The notes below the pieces were generated by a model that was not told the DNA's origin, made no database searches, and saw only the letters and a list, made by a program, of their open reading frames with translations. 34,797 nucleotides of DNA from a virus. Its lineage: Duplodnaviria; Caudoviricetes. This document shows, piece after piece, positions 17,196 to 25,985 of this stretch (its first letter is position 1; every line of letters begins with the position of its first letter). The position numbers and the translations under genes were made by a program. Location of the stretch: the IMG/VR virus record IMGVR_UViG_3300012942_000093, positions 1 through 34,797 of that record; one strand, written 5' to 3'.

Positions 17196-18221
17196 ATGGC
17201 TACTCCTAACCCTATTTATGGAAATGGTTCGGATGGTTCGTTAAGCGTAACTACGGGAACTACCAATCTATTATTAGATAATAAATATCAATATACAACA
17301 GTCAGTTTATCTGCCGGTGCTTTTATAAGTACAACCGCAACAAGTGGGTCTGTATTATATATTCTCGCAAATACGAGCATCAGTATTAGTGGTACCATTG
17401 ATGTCTCAAATAAGATAACAGCAGGGCAAAATAGTGGTTCAGTTGTTATTGATAGTACTACCTACAATAACCCATCAGTGGCCAATGGTGGTTCTGGTGC
17501 TCCTAATCTCTACACTACAACAGGAGGAGCACAAGGTAGTGGCTTCGGTGGTGGTGGTGGTGGTGGTGGAACCACAGCCGGTGGAGCATTTAATGCGGCT
17601 GGTGGCAATGGAGGAACTGGTGGCACTCCTGGTGGCAATGGAGGAACTGCCGTTACCGCTTCGACATCAACAGTCGTAGGGAATAACGGTGGTACATCAG
17701 CAGGAGGTAGTGGCGCAGCAACGAGTTTAGCCACGTCTGTCACTTCTGGAGCTGGTGCGAATGCATATGGAAATAATGGATCGAACGGTGGTGGGAATGG
17801 AACAAGTACTGCCTCGGGGGGAGGAGGAGGTGCTGGTGGAAATTCTGGGAAAGCTGGTGTACATATTGTTCTTAAAGCTCCTTCTATTACTATTAGTGGT
17901 ACAATTATAACCTCAGGTACTGCTGGCTCTAATGGAGGGAATGGTGGTACAAGTAGCGCTCTAGCAGTCTCAGGTTCTGGTGGTGGTGGTGGTGGTGGTG
18001 GTAACGCTGGCAATGTGTATCTCGTATATGCAACACTTAGCGATACAGGAACCTATACCCTTACAGGCGGAGCTGGAGGTACAGGAGGAACAGGCAACAG
18101 TAACGGTGGTAATGGTGTAGGCGGTGCTAGTGGTGCTAAGATTAGAACCACCGAACCATCAAATGTCACATCTTTAACAGGAATTTCATCAGTAACAGGG
18201 TTATCAAGTATAACAATGTAA
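17196..18221 (+). CDS. glycine-rich adhesin-like protein
   Basis: Poly-Gly runs and GxxG repeats between fibre genes. Confidence 0.7.
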   Translation: MATPNPIYGNGSDGSLSVTTGTTNLLLDNKYQYTTVSLSAGAFISTTATSGSVLYILANTSISISGTIDVSNKITAGQNSGSVVIDSTTYNNPSVANGGSGAPNLYTTTGGAQGSGFGGGGGGGGTTAGGAFNAAGGNGGTGGTPGGNGGTAVTASTSTVVGNNGGTSAGGSGAATSLATSVTSGAGANAYGNNGSNGGGNGTSTASGGGGGAGGNSGKAGVHIVLKAPSITISGTIITSGTAGSNGGNGGTSSALAVSGSGGGGGGGGNAGNVYLVYATLSDTGTYTLTGGAGGTGGTGNSNGGNGVGGASGAKIRTTEPSNVTSLTGISSVTGLSSITM

Positions 18222-18229
18222 GGAATATT

Positions 18230-18850
18230 ATGGCTACTAATAACTCATCAAACAACCAGTACACAAACAACGCCGACGGATATACTCTCGGGGGTGGTAC
18301 AACGACCCGTAATTTTACCTTAACAGGTGGTAACGTAACACTTACGGGATCGGGTTCTAATGTTTATACAATGCCAGCGGCTACTGACACACTAGTAGGG
18401 CGTGCTTCCTCTGATACTCTAACGAATAAGACCATGACTAGCAGCACAAATAGTGTTGGTCCAGCTGCACGTACTGGCGGTTTCTTTATCGGTACTATAT
18501 CTGCTTCAACCGTTACTAATACTACAGGGAATAAGCCTATAACTGGGGTAGGATTTACTCCTAAGCTTGTAAGGTTTACTGCTATTCCGCCAGCAAGCAC
18601 AGGTGCTACAGAGGTGGCTATGGGCGCTATGACTGCTTCAGCCCAATATTACACTTCTAGCGCTTCTCAGAACTCATCAGCTATCTATGCTCGAAACTCG
18701 TCTACCTCTGCATGTATCGGCTATGTCTTTGCTGGTAGTTCTACGCCTGCTATGCTTGCAAGCTATGTGAGTATGGATGCTGACGGATTCACTATCAATG
18801 TAACAACAGCTAGCAATTCCTACGATATTGCCTTTGAATGTTATGCATAA
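18230..18850 (+). CDS. fibre tip protein
   Basis: DTLTNKT shaft motif; ITGVGFTPKLV...DGFTINV beta-rich C-terminal domain. Confidence 0.7.
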   Translation: MATNNSSNNQYTNNADGYTLGGGTTTRNFTLTGGNVTLTGSGSNVYTMPAATDTLVGRASSDTLTNKTMTSSTNSVGPAARTGGFFIGTISASTVTNTTGNKPITGVGFTPKLVRFTAIPPASTGATEVAMGAMTASAQYYTSSASQNSSAIYARNSSTSACIGYVFAGSSTPAMLASYVSMDADGFTINVTTASNSYDIAFECYA

Positions 18851-18881
18851 ATAAGCTATAGATTTGCTAGGGATTATCCTA

Positions 18882-18927
18882 TATAATTACCTTATAAGGC
18901 TCCAGCCGCTACTGGAGCTATTTTATT
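18882..18927 (+). promoter_or_regulatory. late leader copy 4
   Basis: TATAAT-N6-ATAAGG; GCTCCAG-ccgcta-CTGGAGC-TATTTTATT. Confidence 0.85.
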
Positions 18928-18936
18928 AGGAGATAT

Positions 18937-19338
18937 ATGTCTACTTACACATTCACACAGAAAACCGCACCAGTAGAACCAGGTCCAGAGAGTCTATTTG
19001 GTGGACTTAGAAACGATGGCAACCATAACGCACTCACAGGAGCTATTGGTAATGGCCCGCAGACAGTTGATATTTCAGCAAGCCCGATCGTGTCCCCGGC
19101 TACTGTCTCTAACTCAGCGGTGACAACGCTCACAATCCCCCTGAATGCCGTACGGGTTAACTTCTTAGCAACAACTAACACAGTAAATATCAGCGAGTCA
19201 GATAATACTGTAGCTAGTCATTACTTCACTATTCCTACGGGAGTACAAGTAGAAGTAGATGTAGCGCTGACCAGTGTCCTGTACTTAAAGGCTAATACGG
19301 GTGCTTCTACCCTATCGTTTTACTTTGACATCGTTTAA
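18937..19338 (+). CDS. virion structural protein
   Basis: AGGAG SD; beta-rich composition. Confidence 0.7.
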   Translation: MSTYTFTQKTAPVEPGPESLFGGLRNDGNHNALTGAIGNGPQTVDISASPIVSPATVSNSAVTTLTIPLNAVRVNFLATTNTVNISESDNTVASHYFTIPTGVQVEVDVALTSVLYLKANTGASTLSFYFDIV

Positions 19339-19347
19339 GGAGGTATC

Positions 19348-19527
19348 ATGGTTAAGAATCCGACATACTGGACGCCACAATCAGGAATAGGATATGTAGT
19401 ACCTCAGTTGGGACTTTACCTTCAAGATAACCTTGGTAATACGATTGTTGATAACTCGCTAAACTTTATCATTCCCAATCCTTATTACGTAATTGGTAAG
19501 TACGCCACACTTTGGAGTCAAATCTAA
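19348..19527 (+). CDS. small virion-associated protein (59 aa, MVKNPTYW...)
   Basis: Not in the track; perfect TAAGGAGGT SD; TAATG coupling. Confidence 0.75.
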   Translation: MVKNPTYWTPQSGIGYVVPQLGLYLQDNLGNTIVDNSLNFIIPNPYYVIGKYATLWSQI

Positions 19528-20369
19528 TGTCAAACGTAATTCTAGGCGGAACTGCAACGGGAGCCACTGTACTTCCGACTGCGAACAGTATTGATGGTAC
19601 CAACGACTACTTAGCTATTTATACTAACTCTGCTCTTGCTACGCAGCGCATCAACCGCTCTACTCTTCTTGGTGTTACAGGGCAACCAGTCGATACTAGC
19701 ACAATCCAGACTCTACAAAACAAGACGATAGACAACACTAATACATTTTCTATCAAAGACTCTCTCTTCACTCTTGTGGATAATGGAGATACTACTAAAA
19801 AGGCGCAGTTTCAGCTATCAGGCATTGCAACGGGTACAACTCGCACTTATACTCTTCCTGATGTAAACGATACAATCGTCACCCTTACAGCCGCGCAAAC
19901 GCTCACGAACAAAACTCTTACAAGCCCGACAATTAACGCACCTACAATTACCAACGCTAATATTACTGCCGACGCAATTGTAGGTTACACTACCTCCAAC
20001 ACAGGAACACTCTACGGCATATCTGTTACCGCGGGTGCAATCAGTAGCGCTCTCTCGCTCACTAGTACATTATCTGTCACGGGGGCATCCACACTATCGG
20101 GTGCAATTACTGCTGGTTCGACCATCTCGACGACTGGACAATTAAGCCTACAGACTTCTACCGCTCCACCGGCTGCAGGTGCCTCCACTTCTGGTATTAA
20201 GTTCTCATCTACTGCTAACCTAGGGATATTCTGGGGTTCTGGTGCTCCTACGTTCTCGGCAGCACAGGGGTCTTTGTATATTCGTACTGACGGTTCATCC
20301 ACATCAACGCGCCTATACGTAAACTCTACAGGGTCTACTACATGGGTTAACTTCACGAGTGCCTCATAA
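19527..20369 (+). CDS. tail fibre protein
   Basis: QTLQNKT and QTLTNKT repeats; start revised to ATG 19527. Confidence 0.75.
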   Translation: MSNVILGGTATGATVLPTANSIDGTNDYLAIYTNSALATQRINRSTLLGVTGQPVDTSTIQTLQNKTIDNTNTFSIKDSLFTLVDNGDTTKKAQFQLSGIATGTTRTYTLPDVNDTIVTLTAAQTLTNKTLTSPTINAPTITNANITADAIVGYTTSNTGTLYGISVTAGAISSALSLTSTLSVTGASTLSGAITAGSTISTTGQLSLQTSTAPPAAGASTSGIKFSSTANLGIFWGSGAPTFSAAQGSLYIRTDGSSTSTRLYVNSTGSTTWVNFTSAS

Positions 20370-21265
20370 TGTTGACTCTCAACCAAATATCTTCAAGAAC
20401 CTACGACATGGTTGGTTCACCAAATGATAATGGTATAACCATCGCTAATATTAACCAAGATATTAAGCAAGGCCTCCAGCTGTTTAAAAACGCCGCAAGA
20501 CGCTATTGGACACGTAAACAGATACAGGCAAGTCTGGTCAACGCCCAACAGGACTATCAGTTACCGGCGGACTTCGTGCGTACAACCGAGGTAACGATTA
20601 CTGCGAATGGTATCGTCTATCCGCTTACTGAAGTACCGAGCGAACACAAATGGAATGAACTTAATATTATTCCAGCAGTCACTATTTATATCCCTACGAT
20701 GTACTTCGTTAAGGGCTTTAATGTCATTTCGGTATGGCCTGCACCTTCAACGAGCAACGTAGGAACGCTTAACGTCTCATACGAGCCTCGATTACCTGAC
20801 TTCTCACTACCAGACGTTACGGGAACTGCAAGCGTTTCTAACGGCTCTCAGACAGTCACAGACAGTGGTGCTAGTTTCACCCAGAGTATGGTTAATATGT
20901 GGTTCTCGGTCACCGATGGAACGGGTGGCAACTGGTACCAGATTGAATCAGTTTCTAATTCTTCTACCCTGACTCTCGCCAATTACTACCAAGACCAGAC
21001 GAATGCCACAGCTTCATATATAATCGGTGCGTGTCCAGACATTCCAGAAGATTATCATATGGGCCTAGTCTACTACGCTGCTTACCAGTTCTATCTAAAG
21101 CGGAAAGATGAGGGAAACGCAAATCAGTTCCTCTCTCTCTACCAAAATCTCCTTGACCAGTACCAAGAAACATATGCAAGTAAGACAACGGGTGTTGTGT
21201 TCACCAAGCAAGCTGGCGATGTTTATAATATTTTTAACATTCCACCAACACAGCTGACGGGTTGA
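20369..21265 (+). CDS. head-tail adaptor (tail tubular A-like)
   Basis: QQDYQLPADF, ISVWPAP and PDIPEDYHMGLVYYAA adaptor-like motifs. Confidence 0.7.
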   Translation: MLTLNQISSRTYDMVGSPNDNGITIANINQDIKQGLQLFKNAARRYWTRKQIQASLVNAQQDYQLPADFVRTTEVTITANGIVYPLTEVPSEHKWNELNIIPAVTIYIPTMYFVKGFNVISVWPAPSTSNVGTLNVSYEPRLPDFSLPDVTGTASVSNGSQTVTDSGASFTQSMVNMWFSVTDGTGGNWYQIESVSNSSTLTLANYYQDQTNATASYIIGACPDIPEDYHMGLVYYAAYQFYLKRKDEGNANQFLSLYQNLLDQYQETYASKTTGVVFTKQAGDVYNIFNIPPTQLTG

Positions 21266-21266
21266 T

Positions 21267-23327
21267 ATGGCTAAGTCTGGTAATTCATCTAAGATTCAGA
21301 TTAACACCAACTTCTTCACAGGCGGTGTTTCTACTTCTAATAAATTAGGGGTTTCTAACTCATTCTATAAGTCTCGTAATCTTGACTTCCGTTCTGACCC
21401 GGCCCAGATGTCTGTATTACCTGCGCCTCGCGCCCTTAGTACAACATTATCTGACCTACCATTAGCAATTGAACAGGACTTAAATGGCGTACGTTGGATG
21501 GTTGGTGACCAAGGTTTCATTTATAGGATTAACACATCCAATGTCATATCAGACGTAGCAAAAATGTCTGAGGCGGGCTCGGCGGGTATCCTCTATAACC
21601 AAGTTACCGACCAGCTATATATTCCAGGACAAACGACTGTTTCGATGTATGGGCAGGTCACTACTGGAAATACGGGGCAGCCTGCGTTTAGAAACGCTAA
21701 CTTTGCACAATCGGTATCAATAAACAACGGTACGACCCAGATATATAACCCAGATGATGGAAACTTTGATGGTGCATTACGATCTGTAGCCGTTACCCAA
21801 GGGGCAACTGCGAAAGTTCCAACCGTTCTAGTGGAAGACCCATCAACCTATTGTCTCTTTTCACCAGACATCGAACCTGGTTATTCCATCTCTGTTTATA
21901 TCGCCTCTAAGGGTACGGGGGATTATACTCTTACACTTCACGACTCGCAGAATAACAAACTAGCCTCTAAAACATTAACAAATGCTAACATTACCTCCAA
22001 TGCACTAAACGAGTTTGTATTCGGCTCTCAGATTCGCGTATTAGTAGGTGGTGGCATCGCGTCAGGCGCGGCAAACTACCATTGGCATCTCACATCCACA
22101 GTAAACGATGGCACAATTGCCGTTGTGCCGACTTCGTATGGTTCGAGTGCCACAGGAGACTTTATGTCAGCTTATATGACGTGGAGTGCCTATAGGCTTG
22201 TACAAACAACGAACGGATGGCATCCTACAGCTTTGTTTAGTGTAGCCACGGGTACGGGTAACGGTCAGGCATTATGTATTGGAAATGGACAGTATCTTTC
22301 TACTTATAACTTCTCAAGTGACAATAATCCATCAAATAACGATTGGATTCGTCACCAACTTGTGTTTAAGGCAGGCTATGAGGTTTGTGGTCTTACAACC
22401 AACAACAACCAACTAGTGATTGGCGTAGAGCGTCGCAGTAAGAACTCTAGCAGGAATTTCCAGGACGGGGCCTTATATTTCTGGGATGGAACGACGCCAC
22501 AGCCTACCTCTATTATTGATATACCTATGGGCGCTCCGTATGGCCTTTACTCAGTAAACAACGTCGTGTACTTCACGGTCGCTGGTTCCCTCTACGCTTG
22601 GAGCGGCGGCACGACAGTCATCAAGGTCAGGAAGATTGCCTACCAGAACACTGACTATTTAGGTACATCGGACTCAACTATCATAAACCCTAATATGTTC
22701 ACTTCCCGCTATAATATCCTTTTAATTGGTTATCCATCCTCAACGACAAATGCCAATGTAGATTACGGAAATTACTCATGGGGCGCGGTTGAGATGACAT
22801 TTCCTAACTCGTTTGGGTATTCCTACCAGATGTCCAATGGTCTGTTGAATAACAATACGAACGGTATTACCAATTTACAGATAGGTATGAACCAAAACTT
22901 TGTAGATACTCTCTATACTTCATGGGCATATACTCAATCTGGTGTTACTCATTATGGGATTGACGTACTAGACAACACATCAACTGCGGCGCAGTCTGGT
23001 ATGTGGGAATCACTCATATTTGATGGCGGGTCAAGGTTTAAACAGAAATATGCCAACAGGGAAAAGGTAAGTTTCACTGGTCTTCCTTCTGGTGCTACGG
23101 TTACACCATACTATAAGTTAGATAGAGGCAATAAAGTATCGCTCGCATCGGTCACTACGACAGGTGCCACTGATGCTCTTATAGAGATAAACACAAGGTT
23201 CCATGAAATATCTTATGGATTCGATTTCACAATGCCACCGGGTCTTACTACCCCACCGGACTTTACGGGTGTTACACTAGAGGTAGACCCAACGATGGGT
23301 GAAGTAGAAGTAGCCCCAGACGATTAG
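21267..23327 (+). CDS. tail nozzle/stabilisation protein (tail tubular B-like)
   Basis: 686 aa, N-terminal NFFTGG, beta-rich, follows the adaptor. Confidence 0.65.
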   Translation: MAKSGNSSKIQINTNFFTGGVSTSNKLGVSNSFYKSRNLDFRSDPAQMSVLPAPRALSTTLSDLPLAIEQDLNGVRWMVGDQGFIYRINTSNVISDVAKMSEAGSAGILYNQVTDQLYIPGQTTVSMYGQVTTGNTGQPAFRNANFAQSVSINNGTTQIYNPDDGNFDGALRSVAVTQGATAKVPTVLVEDPSTYCLFSPDIEPGYSISVYIASKGTGDYTLTLHDSQNNKLASKTLTNANITSNALNEFVFGSQIRVLVGGGIASGAANYHWHLTSTVNDGTIAVVPTSYGSSATGDFMSAYMTWSAYRLVQTTNGWHPTALFSVATGTGNGQALCIGNGQYLSTYNFSSDNNPSNNDWIRHQLVFKAGYEVCGLTTNNNQLVIGVERRSKNSSRNFQDGALYFWDGTTPQPTSIIDIPMGAPYGLYSVNNVVYFTVAGSLYAWSGGTTVIKVRKIAYQNTDYLGTSDSTIINPNMFTSRYNILLIGYPSSTTNANVDYGNYSWGAVEMTFPNSFGYSYQMSNGLLNNNTNGITNLQIGMNQNFVDTLYTSWAYTQSGVTHYGIDVLDNTSTAAQSGMWESLIFDGGSRFKQKYANREKVSFTGLPSGATVTPYYKLDRGNKVSLASVTTTGATDALIEINTRFHEISYGFDFTMPPGLTTPPDFTGVTLEVDPTMGEVEVAPDD

Positions 23328-23335
23328 GAGAGTAT

Positions 23336-23665
23336 ATGTACCAAGATGGCGGATTTGAATCACAAGTATCGGCAAATGCCCCCAACGCGAGCATGATGAT
23401 GATGGCGTACTCCTCAACCTTTGGGAACGCTAATTTTCAGATAATGCCCGCATCTCAAGGAGAGATACAAGAAGGATTTGTTACTGTTCCTTACTTGTCC
23501 TTAGAGGCACTTCTTTATAACGGCCAAATGTCCAATCAAACTGTTGCCCCTCGACAGATTCAGACAGGTTCAACAGCTGGTACGCAAAACTTACAAGGTG
23601 GCACAACGGTTACTGACTCGCAAGGTAACATTCGTGTCTCGATAGGCACAACTGGTGGCTTCTAA
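23336..23665 (+). CDS. hypothetical virion protein
   Basis: AGGAG SD, in the tail cluster. Confidence 0.65.
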   Translation: MYQDGGFESQVSANAPNASMMMMAYSSTFGNANFQIMPASQGEIQEGFVTVPYLSLEALLYNGQMSNQTVAPRQIQTGSTAGTQNLQGGTTVTDSQGNIRVSIGTTGGF

Positions 23666-24512
23666 CTCTGCAGGTATACGAGTTACTCAGATTGGGGTAA
23701 GCGACCCTTTCGCTGCTGATTACCAGTATGTATTTAACTCAGACTGGCCGTCTTTAGCTATTGCATACGAAGCAGTTGTACAAGTCCCCTATACCGACGG
23801 ACTATCAGTGAGTGCAACGGTTACTCATGGATTAAAGTTTTATCCCCTCACTATGGGGTGGACTATACTGAATGGAGTGAGTATCGGTAGGACCTTCGCC
23901 ACATCTGGTAACCTTTCGAGTGCCCAGAATGATGTTACATTTTCATTCGATAATGATAAGATATATTTTGTTAACCATGGAACTTATAACGCTATAACCT
24001 ATACGATAAGTATAAAATGCTATAACGTGGATATTTCGCAGGGTATAGATTATACGTTGCCTAGATTCCCAACCGTTTCCACACCGTACGACCCCACCAC
24101 GGGTATAAAAGTGTCTAAATCCCAGAAAAGCATCGCTTCAAATGACTTGAGAGACTTTATTCTTCACTCCCGGGCACAATCACCCGCCGTGCTTTCTATC
24201 GTCACTAACGTCTCTACAACCCCATCAGGAGTTAAATATATTGGATATAATAACCCCGCTAACTATACGCCGTGGGTATTAGCATTTGCTGGTGGTCCAG
24301 GACAAGGAACTACATACATGCCAGTCGCGCCTGGTACTCAACAGAACGGATACATATTTGCTATTCAAAGTGCGACACAGGCTAAATCGTCAGGCTTCAC
24401 ACAAGCACGTATTCAGGCATCGTTTCTGGCTAATCCTAATAATAACTTTGGTAGTTTAGTGGTTCTCAGGGACCCACTCGTAGTGCCAAATACTTTAAGG
24501 GTAGTTTACTAA
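23655..24512 (+). CDS. tail-associated protein with internal duplication
   Basis: GIRVTQIG...YVFNS and GIKVSKSQ...FILHS repeats. Confidence 0.65.
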   Translation: MASNSAGIRVTQIGVSDPFAADYQYVFNSDWPSLAIAYEAVVQVPYTDGLSVSATVTHGLKFYPLTMGWTILNGVSIGRTFATSGNLSSAQNDVTFSFDNDKIYFVNHGTYNAITYTISIKCYNVDISQGIDYTLPRFPTVSTPYDPTTGIKVSKSQKSIASNDLRDFILHSRAQSPAVLSIVTNVSTTPSGVKYIGYNNPANYTPWVLAFAGGPGQGTTYMPVAPGTQQNGYIFAIQSATQAKSSGFTQARIQASFLANPNNNFGSLVVLRDPLVVPNTLRVVY

Positions 24513-25030
24513 TGCGCAGCGATCTTGGCCCTATATCTGTGTCTGCTCCTAATACTTCTCTCACGACAGCAGAGGGGCAGCATTTAACATTTAACACCCG
24601 CTATCCTTTTGCTAAGCTGGACTCTACTAATAAAAATAGTTTCCAGATTATTACTGTGTTCTTTAACACTGAACCGCCTAACCCCACAGGGGGCCCAGGA
24701 ACAACGACAACAAAGAAAACTCTCATTTACCAATACAAGCACGGATATACATATGAACCGTCTGCCTGGTTTCTTCTGTCTACAGACAATTTTGTTACTG
24801 TTCTAGGCTCTGAGGGGTCCTGGCTACTAGGTAATGCAACTGGTACATCTGACCGCATTGCAAAATTTGAAGTAGAAGTAGATAGCACCTATGTGAATTT
24901 CTACATAGACAAGCAATGGACAAATACAGGAAGCAACTCGCCTCCTAATATTATTGGGTTCAGCGTTAATGTACGTGCGTATATATTCGTCGAAGGCCTG
25001 GACGGGACGTCGGTGCCATCTCAGGGTTGA
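24512..25030 (+). CDS. tail-associated protein
   Basis: ISVSAP...LTFNT start resembles the repeat in the upstream gene; HGYTYEP. Confidence 0.65.
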   Translation: MRSDLGPISVSAPNTSLTTAEGQHLTFNTRYPFAKLDSTNKNSFQIITVFFNTEPPNPTGGPGTTTTKKTLIYQYKHGYTYEPSAWFLLSTDNFVTVLGSEGSWLLGNATGTSDRIAKFEVEVDSTYVNFYIDKQWTNTGSNSPPNIIGFSVNVRAYIFVEGLDGTSVPSQG

Positions 25031-25044
25031 TTTGTTTTGTTTTA

Positions 25045-25092
25045 TGATACAATGATTGTATAAGGTAAAGAGCCGCACGAAGCGGTTTTTTT
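25045..25092 (+). promoter_or_regulatory. late leader copy 5
   Basis: TGaTACAAT-N6-ATAAGG-TAAAG; AGCCGC-acgaa-GCGGTT-TTTTT. Confidence 0.88.
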
Positions 25093-25101
25093 GTTTGTAA
25101 A

Positions 25102-25977
25102 ATGCCATTATCAACAGCCGATATAGACCAAATGCAATCGAAACAGTATCAGCAAGATACTGCTCTTCAAAATTTCTATAACCAAAACGCTACTAACGCC
25201 ACCAACCAATATAACACTGCGTATAATGCCTCAAACCAGGCACAAGGCGACCTCTCTAAATTCACGAAGAACATGGTTAGTGGCAACGATGCTTACCAGA
25301 AGCAGCTTCAACTCGCCAACCAGAACGCGGGTTATGATGTTAATAATCTCAATCAGGCACAGAATCAGGTATCACAGCTCACGGGTATACTTGGCGGTCT
25401 TCCTCGCGCTATTCAGGCGTCTAACGCTAACTATGGTGCGACCGCAGGTAACGTGGCGAACCAATATGCCACTACGGGAGCTAACTTAAACCAATCTCTC
25501 CAACTTGCTAACCAGAACGCTCAGAATCAGTTAGCTAAGCAGCAAGGTGGACTCACAGGGGCTCAACAGGGTACGCAGGCCGTCTTGCAGGCACAAGACC
25601 AACAGAGGCAGGCATACACGGCAACTGCTAATAACGCCGCACAAGTTATGGCTACAGCGCAGCAACAAATGCAGGCGATGGTTGCAGCACAACAACAGGG
25701 TCAGCAGCTCACAGCTAACGACCAAGCGACATTCGGTCAATTACGACAGGCATACGCAGCTGCAGCGGCCTCATATGCTCAAGCGAACCTACTTGCTAAG
25801 CAAGCCGAGGCAGCAGATCTTGCGAATCAGCAGACCAGAGATCTTATGTCTCAGGGAACCAATAATAATGTTGACAATGGTTCAGGAAATTATACATCGC
25901 AGTACGGAAACTACGCGCCAGGTGTAAGTAAAGTAACTCAGAAGAATGGAAATATCTTCTACACCCCTAACTTTTAA
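25102..25977 (+). CDS. internal virion/DNA ejection protein (putative)
   Basis: Gln/Ala/Asn-rich helical protein after the tail genes. Confidence 0.55.
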   Translation: MPLSTADIDQMQSKQYQQDTALQNFYNQNATNATNQYNTAYNASNQAQGDLSKFTKNMVSGNDAYQKQLQLANQNAGYDVNNLNQAQNQVSQLTGILGGLPRAIQASNANYGATAGNVANQYATTGANLNQSLQLANQNAQNQLAKQQGGLTGAQQGTQAVLQAQDQQRQAYTATANNAAQVMATAQQQMQAMVAAQQQGQQLTANDQATFGQLRQAYAAAAASYAQANLLAKQAEAADLANQQTRDLMSQGTNNNVDNGSGNYTSQYGNYAPGVSKVTQKNGNIFYTPNF

Positions 25978-25985
25978 GGAATGAA

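Noticed and set aside
16090-18013. Long minus-strand ORFs (Pro/Val rich)
   Set aside because: Shadows of Gly/Thr-rich plus-strand fibre genes
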